A stretch of 48,734 bases of DNA from Candidatus Hydrogenedentota bacterium (GCA_045863295.1 BTWA01000029.1:1-48734); one strand, 5' to 3'; counted from the stretch's first letter, positions 9,195-19,730 are shown. Numbers and translations: made by a program. Notes: a model not told the origin generated them from the sequence alone.

Positions 9195-10181
9195 ATGACA
9201 AATCCTCAGATGCAAATGGCTAGTCCCACCAAGGTCGGATCCCATGTAGCCACGCAAGTGGCCCGGCTGGTGGACAACATCGAAAAGGTCATCTTCGGCA
9301 AGCGCGAAGTGGTCAAATTGTGCGTTACCGGGCTTCTTGCCCGAGGACATATCCTTATCGAAGACGTTCCTGGCATGGGTAAGACGACCCTTGCGCAGGG
9401 GATAGCCCGGTCGATACGCGGCACTTTCCACCGGATACAATTCACCAGCGACATGCTTCCGTCGGATATTCTGGGCGTATCCATATTGAACCAACGGCTG
9501 CAAGAGTTTGAGTTTCGTGAAGGCCCCATTTTTGCGAACGTTGTGTTGGCCGACGAAGTGAACCGCACGCCCCCGAAGACACAGAGCGCGCTTTTGGAGG
9601 CGATGAGCGAGTTTCAGATCTCCGCGGACGGCCGCACCCATCAGTTGCCCAATCCGTTTATCGTGCTTGCGACGCAGAATCCCATTGAATACGAAGGGAC
9701 GTACACGCTGCCCGAATCGCAGTTGGATCGCTTCATGTTGCGTGTGGAGATGGGTTATCCGGGGACCGAAGACGAACTTCACATCATGCGCCGGCGCGAT
9801 CCCAAAACAGCGCTGGACAATCTTCAACCGGTGTTGACGGCGGAAGAAATGGTGCATCTGCAGGAACAGACGGCCCATGTGCTGGTGGATGAAAGTCTGG
9901 CGCGGTACATGCTCGCGATCATCCAGTCGACGCGGAATCATGAATATGTGCAGTTGGGCGCCAGCCCGCGCGCGTCGGTGTCGTTTTACGAAGCCTGTCA
10001 GGCCCGTGCGTTGGTCGAAGGCCGCGATTTTGTAACCCCGGATGACGTGAAGCAGATGGCCGTGCCGGTGTTGTCGCACCGAATTCTGGTGAAGTCCCGC
10101 GACGCCAATCCGATAGCATCGGCCCGTGCGCGGGCCCGGGCCATCGACGAGGCCATAAAAAAGATTCCCGTACCCGAGTGA
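9195..10181 (+). CDS. moxR: MoxR-family AAA+ ATPase
   Basis: GHILIEDVPGMGKT, RIQFTSDMLPSDI, LADEVNRTPPKTQSALLEAM, ATQNPIEYEGT and GASPR motifs. Confidence 0.96.
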   Translation: MTNPQMQMASPTKVGSHVATQVARLVDNIEKVIFGKREVVKLCVTGLLARGHILIEDVPGMGKTTLAQGIARSIRGTFHRIQFTSDMLPSDILGVSILNQRLQEFEFREGPIFANVVLADEVNRTPPKTQSALLEAMSEFQISADGRTHQLPNPFIVLATQNPIEYEGTYTLPESQLDRFMLRVEMGYPGTEDELHIMRRRDPKTALDNLQPVLTAEEMVHLQEQTAHVLVDESLARYMLAIIQSTRNHEYVQLGASPRASVSFYEACQARALVEGRDFVTPDDVKQMAVPVLSHRILVKSRDANPIASARARARAIDEAIKKIPVPE

Positions 10182-11260
10182 TGGCGAAATTATTTTCGAA
10201 ACGTCGGCACATCCGAAGGCGGCTTCGCGGACCGGGCCGTGTGTTTATCGTGATATCGCTGTGCGTGCTACTGGCTGCGTGGAATTCGGGCCAGAGCCTC
10301 TATTACCTCTTGTTTGCCGGGTTGGCCAGTTTTCTTTTGTTGTCGTTTGTCCTTTCGCGAAAGAATCTTCAGAGTCTGGATGTCTCGCGCGAGGCGCCGT
10401 ATGCGGTTCACCGGGATGCGGCATTCAGCGTCGTGATTCGTATCGAAAACAAGAACAAATTCTTTCCCGCGGTGCTCGTTCGCGCGGAGACCTCCGGCAT
10501 GGCTGACTCTCCGCTGGGATATGTGCTTTCCATTCCGTCCCGGGAAGCCGGATTGCTTCGCGTCCGGTACATGTTTCCCCGGCGGGGCGTGCATCCTTTG
10601 CCGGGGTTGGATTTGGTGACCACATTTCCCTTCGGTTTGTTCGAGGCGCGGCGGCATACGGAAGAGAGCATTCCCGTGGTGGTGTATCCGCGCGTGCTTG
10701 CCGCGCGCACCGCGATGGTAGAGCAGGCGCGAAGCTCCGGCCGTCTGCAGAAGACGATCAAAGGCGATGGCGATGAATTCTTCAGTCTTCGCGAGTACGT
10801 GCCGGGAGACGATTTGCGGCACATTGCGTGGCGGCCAAGCGCGCGCCATGGAAAGATGCTCGTCAAGGAACTAGAACAGCAGACCTCGCGTAACATCATG
10901 TTTCTCTTTGACACGGCGGACAAGCCGGATGTTCCACACTTTGATGAGCGATTTGAAGACGTCGTTGAATTGATCGCTTCCCTGGCGGTCACCCTCATCA
11001 ACCGGCAGTATCATGTGGCGGTGCGCACGCAGCAAGGCAGCATTTCCGACGGCGAGGGTCAGACGCACATTTTGAAATTGCTGGAGTTTCTTGCACGAGT
11101 GACACCTACCGATGCGGCCATTCCCCTGGACGTTCATAATTTCGATGCGGACCGGTATCTCAGTTGCTTTTACATTACGCCGGATTTCAGGGAGTGGGGG
11201 AGGATGCGATCGGGCAACAGTATGCGCGTGCTGGATCCGGGAGAAGTGATTCATGTCTGA
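10178..11260 (+). CDS. DUF58 domain membrane protein
   Basis: RRG, FPFGLF, VVYPR and EFFSLREYVPGDDLRHIAWRPSAR motifs; coupled to moxR. Confidence 0.92.
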   Translation: MMAKLFSKRRHIRRRLRGPGRVFIVISLCVLLAAWNSGQSLYYLLFAGLASFLLLSFVLSRKNLQSLDVSREAPYAVHRDAAFSVVIRIENKNKFFPAVLVRAETSGMADSPLGYVLSIPSREAGLLRVRYMFPRRGVHPLPGLDLVTTFPFGLFEARRHTEESIPVVVYPRVLAARTAMVEQARSSGRLQKTIKGDGDEFFSLREYVPGDDLRHIAWRPSARHGKMLVKELEQQTSRNIMFLFDTADKPDVPHFDERFEDVVELIASLAVTLINRQYHVAVRTQQGSISDGEGQTHILKLLEFLARVTPTDAAIPLDVHNFDADRYLSCFYITPDFREWGRMRSGNSMRVLDPGEVIHV

Positions 11261-13562
11261 GGCGATAGCCCATCCGGGCAAGCCTGCGCCGCGCGGGCTG
11301 CTCTTGAACGAAGCGGAGGTGATGGACCGGAGTGCGCTGCGGGCGTTGAGGCGGAGTTCCGCGGCCTTGTTGCTCTCCGGGCATTTGGCGCTTTCCACTT
11401 CAGAGGCCATTGGGCTAGAGTCCGTGTTGCTTGGCATCGTCATGCTGCTGACATGGCCGATTGGGGAGTACCTGGATCAAAAGTTTGGCCGTGCGTATCG
11501 CGCCATGACAAATCTGCTGGCACTTGGAATTGTGCTGCTGCTGCCGCTTCTGTACGCCCGGTTTGAACAGAATCTGCTTGTGCCTGTCACCGTCCTGATT
11601 TTGTTCATTGAATGGCACAAGGTAATTCATTCGAAGCAGCCGAAGGATTATTACCAACTATTCTTGATGACGTTCTTTATTTTGCTGGCATCGTGTGCCC
11701 AAAGCCCTGACGCTTCATTCGCACTTGCGTTGATGGCCTATGTATTTAGCGCGGTCTGGGCCTTCTTCATGCTCCAGGTGTATATCGAAAGTCACGCGAA
11801 CGTAAACCATCCCGCCGCGGATATCGTAGGGCGGCACGGAAATGTCAGCTTGAGGACGAATGCAAAGTCTCTGCTGATCGACTGGCGCATGATCGGAACG
11901 ATGGTGGCCGTTGCAACCGCGGCCGTGGGATTGACCGTTGGGGCGTTTGTGTTCACGCCGCGCATGGAAGCGGGGCTTCTCGGCGCAAGTACGTCTACTC
12001 AGTCAATTATCGCTTTGGACGAGGAAGTGGATTTGGCCGGGGGCGGCGTGCTCCAAGCGAGCGAGGAACCCATCCTTCGCGTGCGGTTCAGCGAAGAACC
12101 CAACGGCCTTTTTCCACCCGAGAAAATGTTTTGGCGGGCGGTGACGCTAGACCGGTATCAATACAATCAGTGGCGGCGCGGCCATTTGTCGCCTTATGAA
12201 ACCTACGATGATGTGGCCAATAGCGTGTATTTCATTCAGGACAGCCCCACGCTCGTAAAGCGGAATGAATTGGGATCGGGCCGCGTGGTGAAACAGGAGA
12301 TCTTTTTTGAAGACTGGGCGGCGGACGTTCTTCCGACGCTGCCGCTTGTCATGTCGCTGAGCATTTCCAAATCGCGCATTCAGTGGAACCAACACCAGGA
12401 TTTCTCCGTGCTGGTGGACGACCGGCGAACGCCAGTCAGCTACGTGGCCGAATCGGAATTGGTGGAGTTTACGCCCGAGCAACTTCGTCATGTGCGTGGG
12501 AATCCGAGCCAACCCCTCACGCCGGATTTGGTTCTGCTGTCGTTTCCGACGGGCATTTTCAATTTGCTAACCGTGGATGGTCTCGGCGAGGAAGTCAGGG
12601 CGCTGGCGGTGCAGCTTACCCAAGACGAAGAAACTATCTACGATAAGGTCATGGCAATCGAACGTTACTTGAGGGGACCGGAATTCCTTTACACGCGTAC
12701 GGTGCCGGACATGGGAACCGTGAATCCCATGGATCAATTCCTGCTTGTTCACAAGCGGGGACACTGCGAGTTGTTCGCGAGTGCCATGGCATTGATGATT
12801 CGAAGCCTGGACATTCCCACCCGTGTGGTTCAAGGGTACCGGGGAGGCGAATTCTCGGATGTGGACGACAGCTACACCATTCGCCGCAGTATGGCGCACC
12901 TTTGGGTCGAGGTTTTCTTTCCGGGGTATGGGTGGATTACGTTCGATCCCGCGCCGGAGTTTTCGGAAGACGAGGATGAAGGTTTCTTGCGCAGTATGTC
13001 CCGTCTGGTTTCCCGGAATATTATGGCGGCGCGAATGATCTGGTACCGTGACGTTGTGGCCTATGAAGGGGGAATTCGCATCAGCGATCTCGGCAACTAT
13101 GCGCGCGGAATATTCAATCTGGATTTGGATGCCATTCGCTCCACCGCGTTGGGCCGCCGATCGCTCACGGGATTCATGCCCCGGCTGTTTTTGATTTTCT
13201 TCGTGGGATTTATTGTTTGCTGGCTTATTGTCTACCGGTTTTTGGGTCGCGAGAAAGCCGCAGGTACATTGAAAGCACTGGTACTAAGTCCGGACCAGTT
13301 TCGGGCCGTGCGATTGTTTCGCGCATTACGCAAAGTCCTGCACCGGCACGGCATTGAGTGCCACAGCCGGACCTCCGGCGAAATCCTGGCTGCGGCGACA
13401 GCCTCGGGCAAGTTCACCCGCGAAGATCTGTCGGGATTGGTAGAGACTTACAATCTGGCTCGATTCGGTGGGCGGGGTCTGACCAGCCAGAAGTACAAAG
13501 ATTCTCTGAAGCGCATTCGATCGATCAAACCCATCGAGCAGACCCGTATGCCCAATGCATAG
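11253..13562 (+). CDS. DUF3488/transglutaminase-like (TgpA-type) membrane protein
   Basis: Multiple TM segments; catalytic triad motifs GHCELFASAM, AHLWVEV and WITFDP. Confidence 0.92.
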   Translation: MSEAIAHPGKPAPRGLLLNEAEVMDRSALRALRRSSAALLLSGHLALSTSEAIGLESVLLGIVMLLTWPIGEYLDQKFGRAYRAMTNLLALGIVLLLPLLYARFEQNLLVPVTVLILFIEWHKVIHSKQPKDYYQLFLMTFFILLASCAQSPDASFALALMAYVFSAVWAFFMLQVYIESHANVNHPAADIVGRHGNVSLRTNAKSLLIDWRMIGTMVAVATAAVGLTVGAFVFTPRMEAGLLGASTSTQSIIALDEEVDLAGGGVLQASEEPILRVRFSEEPNGLFPPEKMFWRAVTLDRYQYNQWRRGHLSPYETYDDVANSVYFIQDSPTLVKRNELGSGRVVKQEIFFEDWAADVLPTLPLVMSLSISKSRIQWNQHQDFSVLVDDRRTPVSYVAESELVEFTPEQLRHVRGNPSQPLTPDLVLLSFPTGIFNLLTVDGLGEEVRALAVQLTQDEETIYDKVMAIERYLRGPEFLYTRTVPDMGTVNPMDQFLLVHKRGHCELFASAMALMIRSLDIPTRVVQGYRGGEFSDVDDSYTIRRSMAHLWVEVFFPGYGWITFDPAPEFSEDEDEGFLRSMSRLVSRNIMAARMIWYRDVVAYEGGIRISDLGNYARGIFNLDLDAIRSTALGRRSLTGFMPRLFLIFFVGFIVCWLIVYRFLGREKAAGTLKALVLSPDQFRAVRLFRALRKVLHRHGIECHSRTSGEILAAATASGKFTREDLSGLVETYNLARFGGRGLTSQKYKDSLKRIRSIKPIEQTRMPNA

Positions 13563-13584
13563 CCGCGGTTTGCGCCGGGAGTGG

Positions 13585-14628
13585 CTACCTGTCTATACGT
13601 GTGGTGCGCACCAAATTCACGAGATCAACCACCCGCTCAAACGGCGTCTCGCTAAGCAGGCCGTGTCCTAGATTGAAGATATGCCCTTGGTGGTTGCCTT
13701 GAGTCAGACAAGAGATCGCTTCTTTCTCAATGGTCGCGGTATCCCCGTAGGCAAGCAGCTTGTTATCCAGATTCCCCTGAACCAGCGCGTCCTTGCCGAA
13801 GTGGGACCGGTATTCGCCAATCGTGATCCGATCGGAAAGACTGACGATATCGGCGCCAGCGGCGGCGAGTGAGTCCGCATCGGCCCAATCGCGGGCAAAC
13901 ATAATAGTCGGCGCGGTTCCACGCAGCGCGTCGAGAATCTCCTGCTGATACGGCAAGGCCCACTCCCGATACATTTCCTCGTTCAACAAATACGCGGCGG
14001 ATTCAAACAATTGCACTGCCGCGGCTCCGCAAGCAATTTGGTATCGCAGGTAATCGATTGTGACACGGGTAATCTTTTCCAGCATTTGCCGGAAGGCTTC
14101 CGGCTGCTCGCGAAGAAATGCGAACGTAGCTTCGGCCTTTTCGCCAAAGCTCTTGCCTTCCACCAGAAACACGGCAAGCGTGAACGGGGCTCCGGCAAAC
14201 CCCAGAACCGGCAGTTCACTTCGTAATGCGGTGTGTACGCGTTCGAATATCCCCTCAATAAAGGGCAACTCTTGCGAGACGTCATATTCTCGCAAAGCGT
14301 TTACCTGCTCGACGGTGCGGACCGCGTTGGAAATTGCGGGCCCGGGACCAAATTTGAATTCGGCGCCCATCGGGGTGAGTGGAGTGAGTATGTCCTGAAA
14401 GTATATGATAGCATCCACGCCGATGCGCTTTGGAAGGAGCGAGATCTCCGCGGCCAGATCGGGATGCTTAAACAACTCGTGCAATGGCAAGCCGCACTGC
14501 AAACGCAGCGCGAGATACTCGGGGTCCGTGCGTCCTGCCTGCCGCATAAGCCATATGGGCGTGCGTTCGGTGCGTTCACCGCGGGCCGCGCGAATTAACA
14601 GGTCATTGGTGTAAGAGTTGTGTTTCAT
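13585..14628 (-). CDS. hemE: Uroporphyrinogen decarboxylase
   Basis: PIWLMRQAGR, GFAGAPFTLA, QGNLD and HIFNLGHG motifs. Confidence 0.96.
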   Translation of the reverse strand: MKHNSYTNDLLIRAARGERTERTPIWLMRQAGRTDPEYLALRLQCGLPLHELFKHPDLAAEISLLPKRIGVDAIIYFQDILTPLTPMGAEFKFGPGPAISNAVRTVEQVNALREYDVSQELPFIEGIFERVHTALRSELPVLGFAGAPFTLAVFLVEGKSFGEKAEATFAFLREQPEAFRQMLEKITRVTIDYLRYQIACGAAAVQLFESAAYLLNEEMYREWALPYQQEILDALRGTAPTIMFARDWADADSLAAAGADIVSLSDRITIGEYRSHFGKDALVQGNLDNKLLAYGDTATIEKEAISCLTQGNHQGHIFNLGHGLLSETPFERVVDLVNLVRTTRIDR

Positions 14629-15653
14629 CGGGTCCTTCCATTCTTTGTTGCCCAGATCAGCACATTAAACGGATAGAACCGCAAGGCGAATGGTCTTGCG
14701 ATGATCATGAGGATGTGGCGCGCCAGCGGGACCTGCAACGATCGCAGCAAGAGTTTGCGGATTACACTGTCCTGCCCGTTTCGTCGTAAGCGGGCGGTTG
14801 TCTTTTCCGCGATGCCCGCCGATGGAATCTCGAATCGGGGCTTTAGCCCAAATTCGATCAGCAGCTCTTTCCACTGGCGAAGGCGGTAGATGTTCTCGTT
14901 GAATCCGTCCACAATTTCATCCCGGCCGAACTCCCTTATCCGTTTCCGCTCGTAGCGTCCCGCGACCGGTTCATTGGCGAGCACCAACCGGCCGCCGGGT
15001 TTCAGGACCCGGGCCATTTCTTCAATGGTCTTGGCCAAATCCGGGCTGTGGTGAACCGCGGCGTTGGCAAATACGATGTCAAACTTTCCCGTGGCAACCG
15101 GGAACTCCGTCATATCGGCGATGATTCGGTCAAAGTAACGTCCGTCGTTGCAGAAGAACCGGCTCCGGGGCATGTACAGCGTCGATATGTCGATTGCCAC
15201 GGCTTTGCAGCCTTTGGCCGCAAACGCGGCCGTGGTCCAGCACATGCCCGCGCCAATATCCAGAACGGTTTCGGATCCCGTAAGCTTCAGTTTGGAGACG
15301 GCATACTCCACGACCGGGGCCAAGACGGCCATGTCGGGATATCCCTGGGGAAGGCTGAGTATAAAATCGCGCATCTCCGGATCGTTCTTCACCATACGGG
15401 CATATTCCGGCGAGGATTCGATCGTGCGCTTTTCCACGGTTGCCTGGGCAGCACGTTCCTGGGCTACGGCTTGCGAAGGATGCGGGAGCAGATCGCAGCA
15501 CCCCTGCACAATGGGAAACTGCATACGGCAGCACACGCACCGGATGTGTCCGGAATAGACTTCCGTCTTGTTGACGGATTCGTTTTCAAGCTCGAACCCG
15601 CCTTCGGTTCCGCAGACCGGGCACCGTAATATGTCAAGTAGGGGCTGTCGCAC
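14625..15653 (-). CDS. Class I SAM-dependent methyltransferase with an N-terminal Trm112-like zinc module
   Basis: LLDILRCPVC...C..C..FPI; VLDIGAGMCW; EMARVLKPGG; ATGA overlap with hemE. Confidence 0.88.
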   Translation of the reverse strand: MRQPLLDILRCPVCGTEGGFELENESVNKTEVYSGHIRCVCCRMQFPIVQGCCDLLPHPSQAVAQERAAQATVEKRTIESSPEYARMVKNDPEMRDFILSLPQGYPDMAVLAPVVEYAVSKLKLTGSETVLDIGAGMCWTTAAFAAKGCKAVAIDISTLYMPRSRFFCNDGRYFDRIIADMTEFPVATGKFDIVFANAAVHHSPDLAKTIEEMARVLKPGGRLVLANEPVAGRYERKRIREFGRDEIVDGFNENIYRLRQWKELLIEFGLKPRFEIPSAGIAEKTTARLRRNGQDSVIRKLLLRSLQVPLARHILMIIARPFALRFYPFNVLIWATKNGRTR

Positions 15654-15825
15654 GTGTCGTCCTTTGAAGTGCGCTATCGGTTAGCCCGGATATTTCACGA
15701 CTTTGTCGAATTCACTGTGTACCAACAATTCAACCGGCCAGTTACCAAAACTGGCGCACTTACCGTGTGCACGTGAAATATCCTCTGCGCATCAAGCGTA
15801 ATGAATTCTGTGTTAGCATTTTGCA

Positions 15826-15921
15826 CTACGGAGACTGTACTTCAGTCTTCTACGGAGACTGTACTTCAGTCTTCTACGGAGACTGTACTTCAGTCTTCTA
15901 CGGAGACTGTACTTCAGTCTT
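15826..15921. repeat. Perfect 24-bp tandem repeat x4 (ctacggagactgtacttcagtctt) with an internal palindrome
   Basis: Units start at 15826, 15850, 15874 and 15898; agactg-tactt-cagtct hairpin in each. Confidence 0.98.
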
Positions 15922-15955
15922 CCACGCACGATTCAAGCGTGGTGCAAAACGCGGG

Positions 15956-18091
15956 TTAGGGTTGAGGCGCCGTGCCGTAAACGATTTCGTGGGTTGCCGC
16001 TTCCAAATCCACGGTCACAACGGTTCCATCCGAGAACGTCGTGCGCTGCTTGCGGCGCGCTTCATCGAGGAATTCGTGCGAAACCATTTCTTCGTGCGCG
16101 GTGCGCTTGGCCAATTCGGCTGCTTCCTTGACGATGGCATAGTGTGCGTCGTCGGCGGATGGATACAGATAAGGAAGGCCGGCATTCAACAGGCAGTGCA
16201 ATCGCCCGGGATCATTCTCCGGAATTCCCCAGCCTCCGCGCTCGGTCATGCTCCAGGGAAGCATAATCGAGTCATGATACACGAGGTTGAACAGCGGCAC
16301 CGAGATGCCAAGCCCGGGTCCTCCTTCGAAGGTCTCCGTGGTATACGGCCCGTGATGCACCAAATGCAGTGTACGAACCAGGAAATCGGTGGGTTCTTCG
16401 GAACTGACAACAAAACCGCGCGCCAACATCAGGTCGAAACTTTCCCGCCGGTACTTCATGCAGTCCGTGCGGGAAACGGGGTGTTCGCGTTGATACGATT
16501 CGTCGGGTGGGCCCACGGCAAAGACGTCGATGTACATTCCGTTAACCTTGATGCCCTCCTTGGCGATCATGTCGTAATTCCGCCGCACATACTCAGGCGC
16601 GAAGCGCATGCTCAAGAATGTCTGCAAACCTCCGCACCATTTGGCATGTTGCTCAAACACTCCGTTGGCGTCGGTCATGGCCATGCGGGGATCGAACGAC
16701 GCGGCGCTGAAATGGAAGTCGCGGTATTGGTCGTGCAATGCGAACACCCAACCCAGTTCGTCGCACGTATCGGCCAGGCGGCGCAGGCCTTCCCAACCTC
16801 CCTGCTCGGGACCGGGGGGCAACACGTCCGGTTGTCCGCTGTCGTACCCGTAATAACCCCAGCCGTCCAGATGCACGTAGGCATCGTCTATACCTCTTTC
16901 CTTGACCACGCGTAAACGTGCGGCGATGGAATCGAACGTTTCGATCGTGTGGTTCAGCTCCAGCTGTTCTTTGTTGTAGGGCTGCGAGCCCGGAACGTTG
17001 TGGTACAGGCCCGCCACGATGATCACGGGTCGGCCAATCACTTTTTCAAGGAGAGGAGTACGCGCCACCTTCTGTTTAAGGGTTACGAAATTGCCCATTT
17101 CCTTTACGTACTTGCGGTATCGCTTCGCCATGGACACGTAGGTAGCATCGTCGTCGAACACATAGCGAATGGTGCGCGGGTAGCGTATGTAGCCCAGACT
17201 GCAGAACCAGCTCGGCTCGATAATCGTGGGCTTGCCCGGCACATGGTGATAGCGGGCGCCGCCATCGTCGCTCGATTCCAGAATGGACATGGCTCCGGAG
17301 CGGCCATGCAGTACCCCCCACCACGGCATATACAGCGTGCGGGAATTCGAGACGTCTTCGTATTTGATTTCCTTGGGCCAATCGCCGGGAATGAGGATGC
17401 CTTGCATGCGCGGCACGACCACGGTCCAATCCGAGGTGGCTTCGGTCTCGATGGCGCGCGGCCATCGCAACTTCTTCACGGCAAAACTGTGATCGTTGCA
17501 GACAATATCGATGACCATTTCCGAACCGATCAGGTACCACGTGATGTAGACGGAAAGATCGTTCGCATCCGGAAACTCGCGCAGACTCAGGGTCATTCCC
17601 GTGCTATACCCGGTATGAAAGGGATCCGCCGATACTGTGCGGGCCGCGGTAAGCGGAAAGGAGGTTTCCGCGCCCTGAATATCGTCTTCTGCTGACGGAC
17701 TGAATTGCCAACTGGATTTCCCGGTTAGCACGTGCATTGCGAATGTTTTCTTGTCGATGGTCACGTGCAACGGGCCGTTGTCGATGATCCAAGCGGTCTG
17801 CGATTCGTCGTATACCCCGTCGGAGGTTTTGGGCTTGTCCACCGCATTGGCCCAGAGCCAATAGCGCACTTCGTCCATGGCTTCGTATTGCGCATTGAAG
17901 TCGGCCACGGTGTCAATGCCGGCATCGAAACGGCCGTACAGCTTCTTCAGCTTTTCGTCTTTCTCGGCCTGATATTCGCCCGAAACTTGGATGGCCTCCA
18001 GCCCCTGCATATGTCCCCGCAAAACTTGAACGCGTGCCTCCAAGACAGGGTCCGCCGCAAGCTGCACCAACAGAATTGCCAATCCGATCAT
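15956..18091 (-). CDS. Secreted glycoside hydrolase, GH129/DUF5696-like (alpha-N-acetylgalactosaminidase-like)
   Basis: Short hydrophobic N-terminus; YVHLDGWG..GYD, LHDQYRD, YIDVF and SSEE motifs. Confidence 0.75.
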   Translation of the reverse strand: MIGLAILLVQLAADPVLEARVQVLRGHMQGLEAIQVSGEYQAEKDEKLKKLYGRFDAGIDTVADFNAQYEAMDEVRYWLWANAVDKPKTSDGVYDESQTAWIIDNGPLHVTIDKKTFAMHVLTGKSSWQFSPSAEDDIQGAETSFPLTAARTVSADPFHTGYSTGMTLSLREFPDANDLSVYITWYLIGSEMVIDIVCNDHSFAVKKLRWPRAIETEATSDWTVVVPRMQGILIPGDWPKEIKYEDVSNSRTLYMPWWGVLHGRSGAMSILESSDDGGARYHHVPGKPTIIEPSWFCSLGYIRYPRTIRYVFDDDATYVSMAKRYRKYVKEMGNFVTLKQKVARTPLLEKVIGRPVIIVAGLYHNVPGSQPYNKEQLELNHTIETFDSIAARLRVVKERGIDDAYVHLDGWGYYGYDSGQPDVLPPGPEQGGWEGLRRLADTCDELGWVFALHDQYRDFHFSAASFDPRMAMTDANGVFEQHAKWCGGLQTFLSMRFAPEYVRRNYDMIAKEGIKVNGMYIDVFAVGPPDESYQREHPVSRTDCMKYRRESFDLMLARGFVVSSEEPTDFLVRTLHLVHHGPYTTETFEGGPGLGISVPLFNLVYHDSIMLPWSMTERGGWGIPENDPGRLHCLLNAGLPYLYPSADDAHYAIVKEAAELAKRTAHEEMVSHEFLDEARRKQRTTFSDGTVVTVDLEAATHEIVYGTAPQP

Positions 18092-18272
18092 CTACTTCAC
18101 CTCTCGCTGAACAAAAACAACTGCCAGTACCAAAACGAAAAACCGCCCGGACGTTCAATAGACGGATTATGTGTTACGCAAACGCCGTATCGCGCGCCCC
18201 GGGGAATGCCGCGGGTAGTAACGGGGTAGGGACCGGGATAGGGCGCGTCTTCGGCATGCGGCTTGAACGGCA

Positions 18273-18440
18273 TCAGTCTCCCGGCCGGCGGGTAAGAATG
18301 GTCACTACAACCCCAACAGCCAGCACGGCGGCCCACAGCTTGGGGTCTCCCGCAACACCGGGAATCTGAATGATTCCGGCGAAAGTTCCGACCGCGCCCA
18401 GCAGACCGACTACACTGATGAGAATTCCGATCAAAGACAT
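18273..18440 (-). CDS. Small 2-TM membrane protein (55 aa)
   Basis: MSLIGILISVVGLLGAVG...LWAAVLAVGVVVTILTRRPGD; GAGG upstream of the ATG. Confidence 0.65.
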   Translation of the reverse strand: MSLIGILISVVGLLGAVGTFAGIIQIPGVAGDPKLWAAVLAVGVVVTILTRRPGD

Positions 18441-18491
18441 GGCTAACCCTCTGCAAACGGATATGTTGCCTTGGCGAGTACCCCGCGGTTT

Positions 18492-18520
18492 TTGCACGGC
18501 TCCCACGCCTATGATACACT
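18492..18520 (+). promoter_or_regulatory. Sigma70-like promoter TTGCAC-17-TACACT with extended -10 TG
   Basis: Hexamers at 18492-18497 and 18515-18520. Confidence 0.55.
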
Positions 18521-18591
18521 ATTAAGCAAGCGGAATCCGCCCTTTTGGCGGATAAGAAACATCCAGCGTGGCCTGAGGAAAGGGAAACCCC

Positions 18592-18699
18592 ATGTTTATC
18601 GATTCGTTGAACCTAATGATTCAATTGCACATTCAGTCGTTGCGCACATTCGGCATCGTTTTGAACATTTTGAACACCTATGTAAACGACGAAGACTGA
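18592..18699 (+). CDS. Putative 35-aa small protein MFIDSLNLMIQLHIQSLRTFGIVLNILNTYVNDED
   Basis: Purine-rich RBS gaggaaaggga, promoter upstream; below the ORF-track length cutoff. Confidence 0.5.
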   Translation: MFIDSLNLMIQLHIQSLRTFGIVLNILNTYVNDED

Positions 18700-18794
18700 G
18701 GCCATGCACGCCTCGGGCGTGATTCATTCTTGACGATCCAGACCCCGCTGTCTTGAGCGGGGTCGTTTGCTTTCCGTGGTTTGAGGGATACACC

Positions 18795-19730
18795 GTGGTT
18801 CTCACCGTAACGCCCAACCCCTGCGTCGACAAGACCGTCTTCATTAATCGTCTCGAAGCCGGCACGTTCATGCGTTCGCAGCGCTACACCTGCATTGCCG
18901 GGGGAAAGGGCACGAACGTCTCTCGCGCCCTCACGGCCATGGGCTACCCGACCAAGGCCATGGCGGTCGTCGGCGGCCACACCGGCGCGCACGTGATCGA
19001 CATGATAGAAAAGCACGACCGCATGCCCTGCGTCCCCGCCTGGGTCGACTCGCCCACCCGGACCATCACGACAATTCTCGAAGAACCGATCCACCGCCAG
19101 ACCGCATTCTTCGAACCCGGCTCCCAAGTCACCGAAGGCGAACTGACCCACATCGTCCAAGTCTTTCGGGAAGCCGTGGCAGGCGCCACGTGGGTTACCT
19201 TCAATGGCACGGTCTCGGACAAATCCATTCGCACTTTGTACAAAACCCTGATTCCAATCGCGCACGAAGCAGGCGCAAAAACGATCCTCGACTCTCACGG
19301 TCCCGAGCTGAAGCACGGACTGGAGGCCGCGCCGTTCATGGTCAAGCCCAACGTGGCCGAAGCCGAAGAACTTCTGGGCCGTTCGCTGGACTCGCACGAA
19401 GCCCGCATGCACGCCTTGGATGCGTTTCACGAGCAGGGCGTGGCCCTCGTGGCGCTCTCCCTTGGACCGGACGGCGTACTGGCATCGTACGAGGGCAAAC
19501 GTGTCCACGGTAAACCGCCCGCCATTCAGGAGATTAACCCCGTCGGAAGCGGCGACTGTCTCGTGGCCGGTTTCTGCATTGGCCTCATGAATGATTGGCC
19601 CCTGGAAGAAACGGTCAGGCTTGCATGCGCCATGGGAACCGCCAATGCCATGAGCTGGGACATCGGCCACTTCGATCCCCACACGATACAAGCCCTGCGT
19701 GAGCAGGTCTCGGTAGTGCCTTTGGGATAG
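18795..19730 (+). CDS. 1-phosphofructokinase-family (PfkB) hexose kinase
   Basis: LTVTPNPCVD, AGGKGTNVSR, VKPN..E and NPVGSGD motifs; GTG start after GAGGG. Confidence 0.92.
   Translation: MVLTVTPNPCVDKTVFINRLEAGTFMRSQRYTCIAGGKGTNVSRALTAMGYPTKAMAVVGGHTGAHVIDMIEKHDRMPCVPAWVDSPTRTITTILEEPIHRQTAFFEPGSQVTEGELTHIVQVFREAVAGATWVTFNGTVSDKSIRTLYKTLIPIAHEAGAKTILDSHGPELKHGLEAAPFMVKPNVAEAEELLGRSLDSHEARMHALDAFHEQGVALVALSLGPDGVLASYEGKRVHGKPPAIQEINPVGSGDCLVAGFCIGLMNDWPLEETVRLACAMGTANAMSWDIGHFDPHTIQALREQVSVVPLG

Noticed and set aside
15826..15921. CRISPR array
   Set aside because: The units are directly adjacent with no spacers, and no cas genes are in the window
15767..16915. 382-aa ORF with YGDCTSVF repeats
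   Set aside because: Antisense shadow of the GH129-like gene; the peptide repeat is just the translated 24-bp tandem repeat
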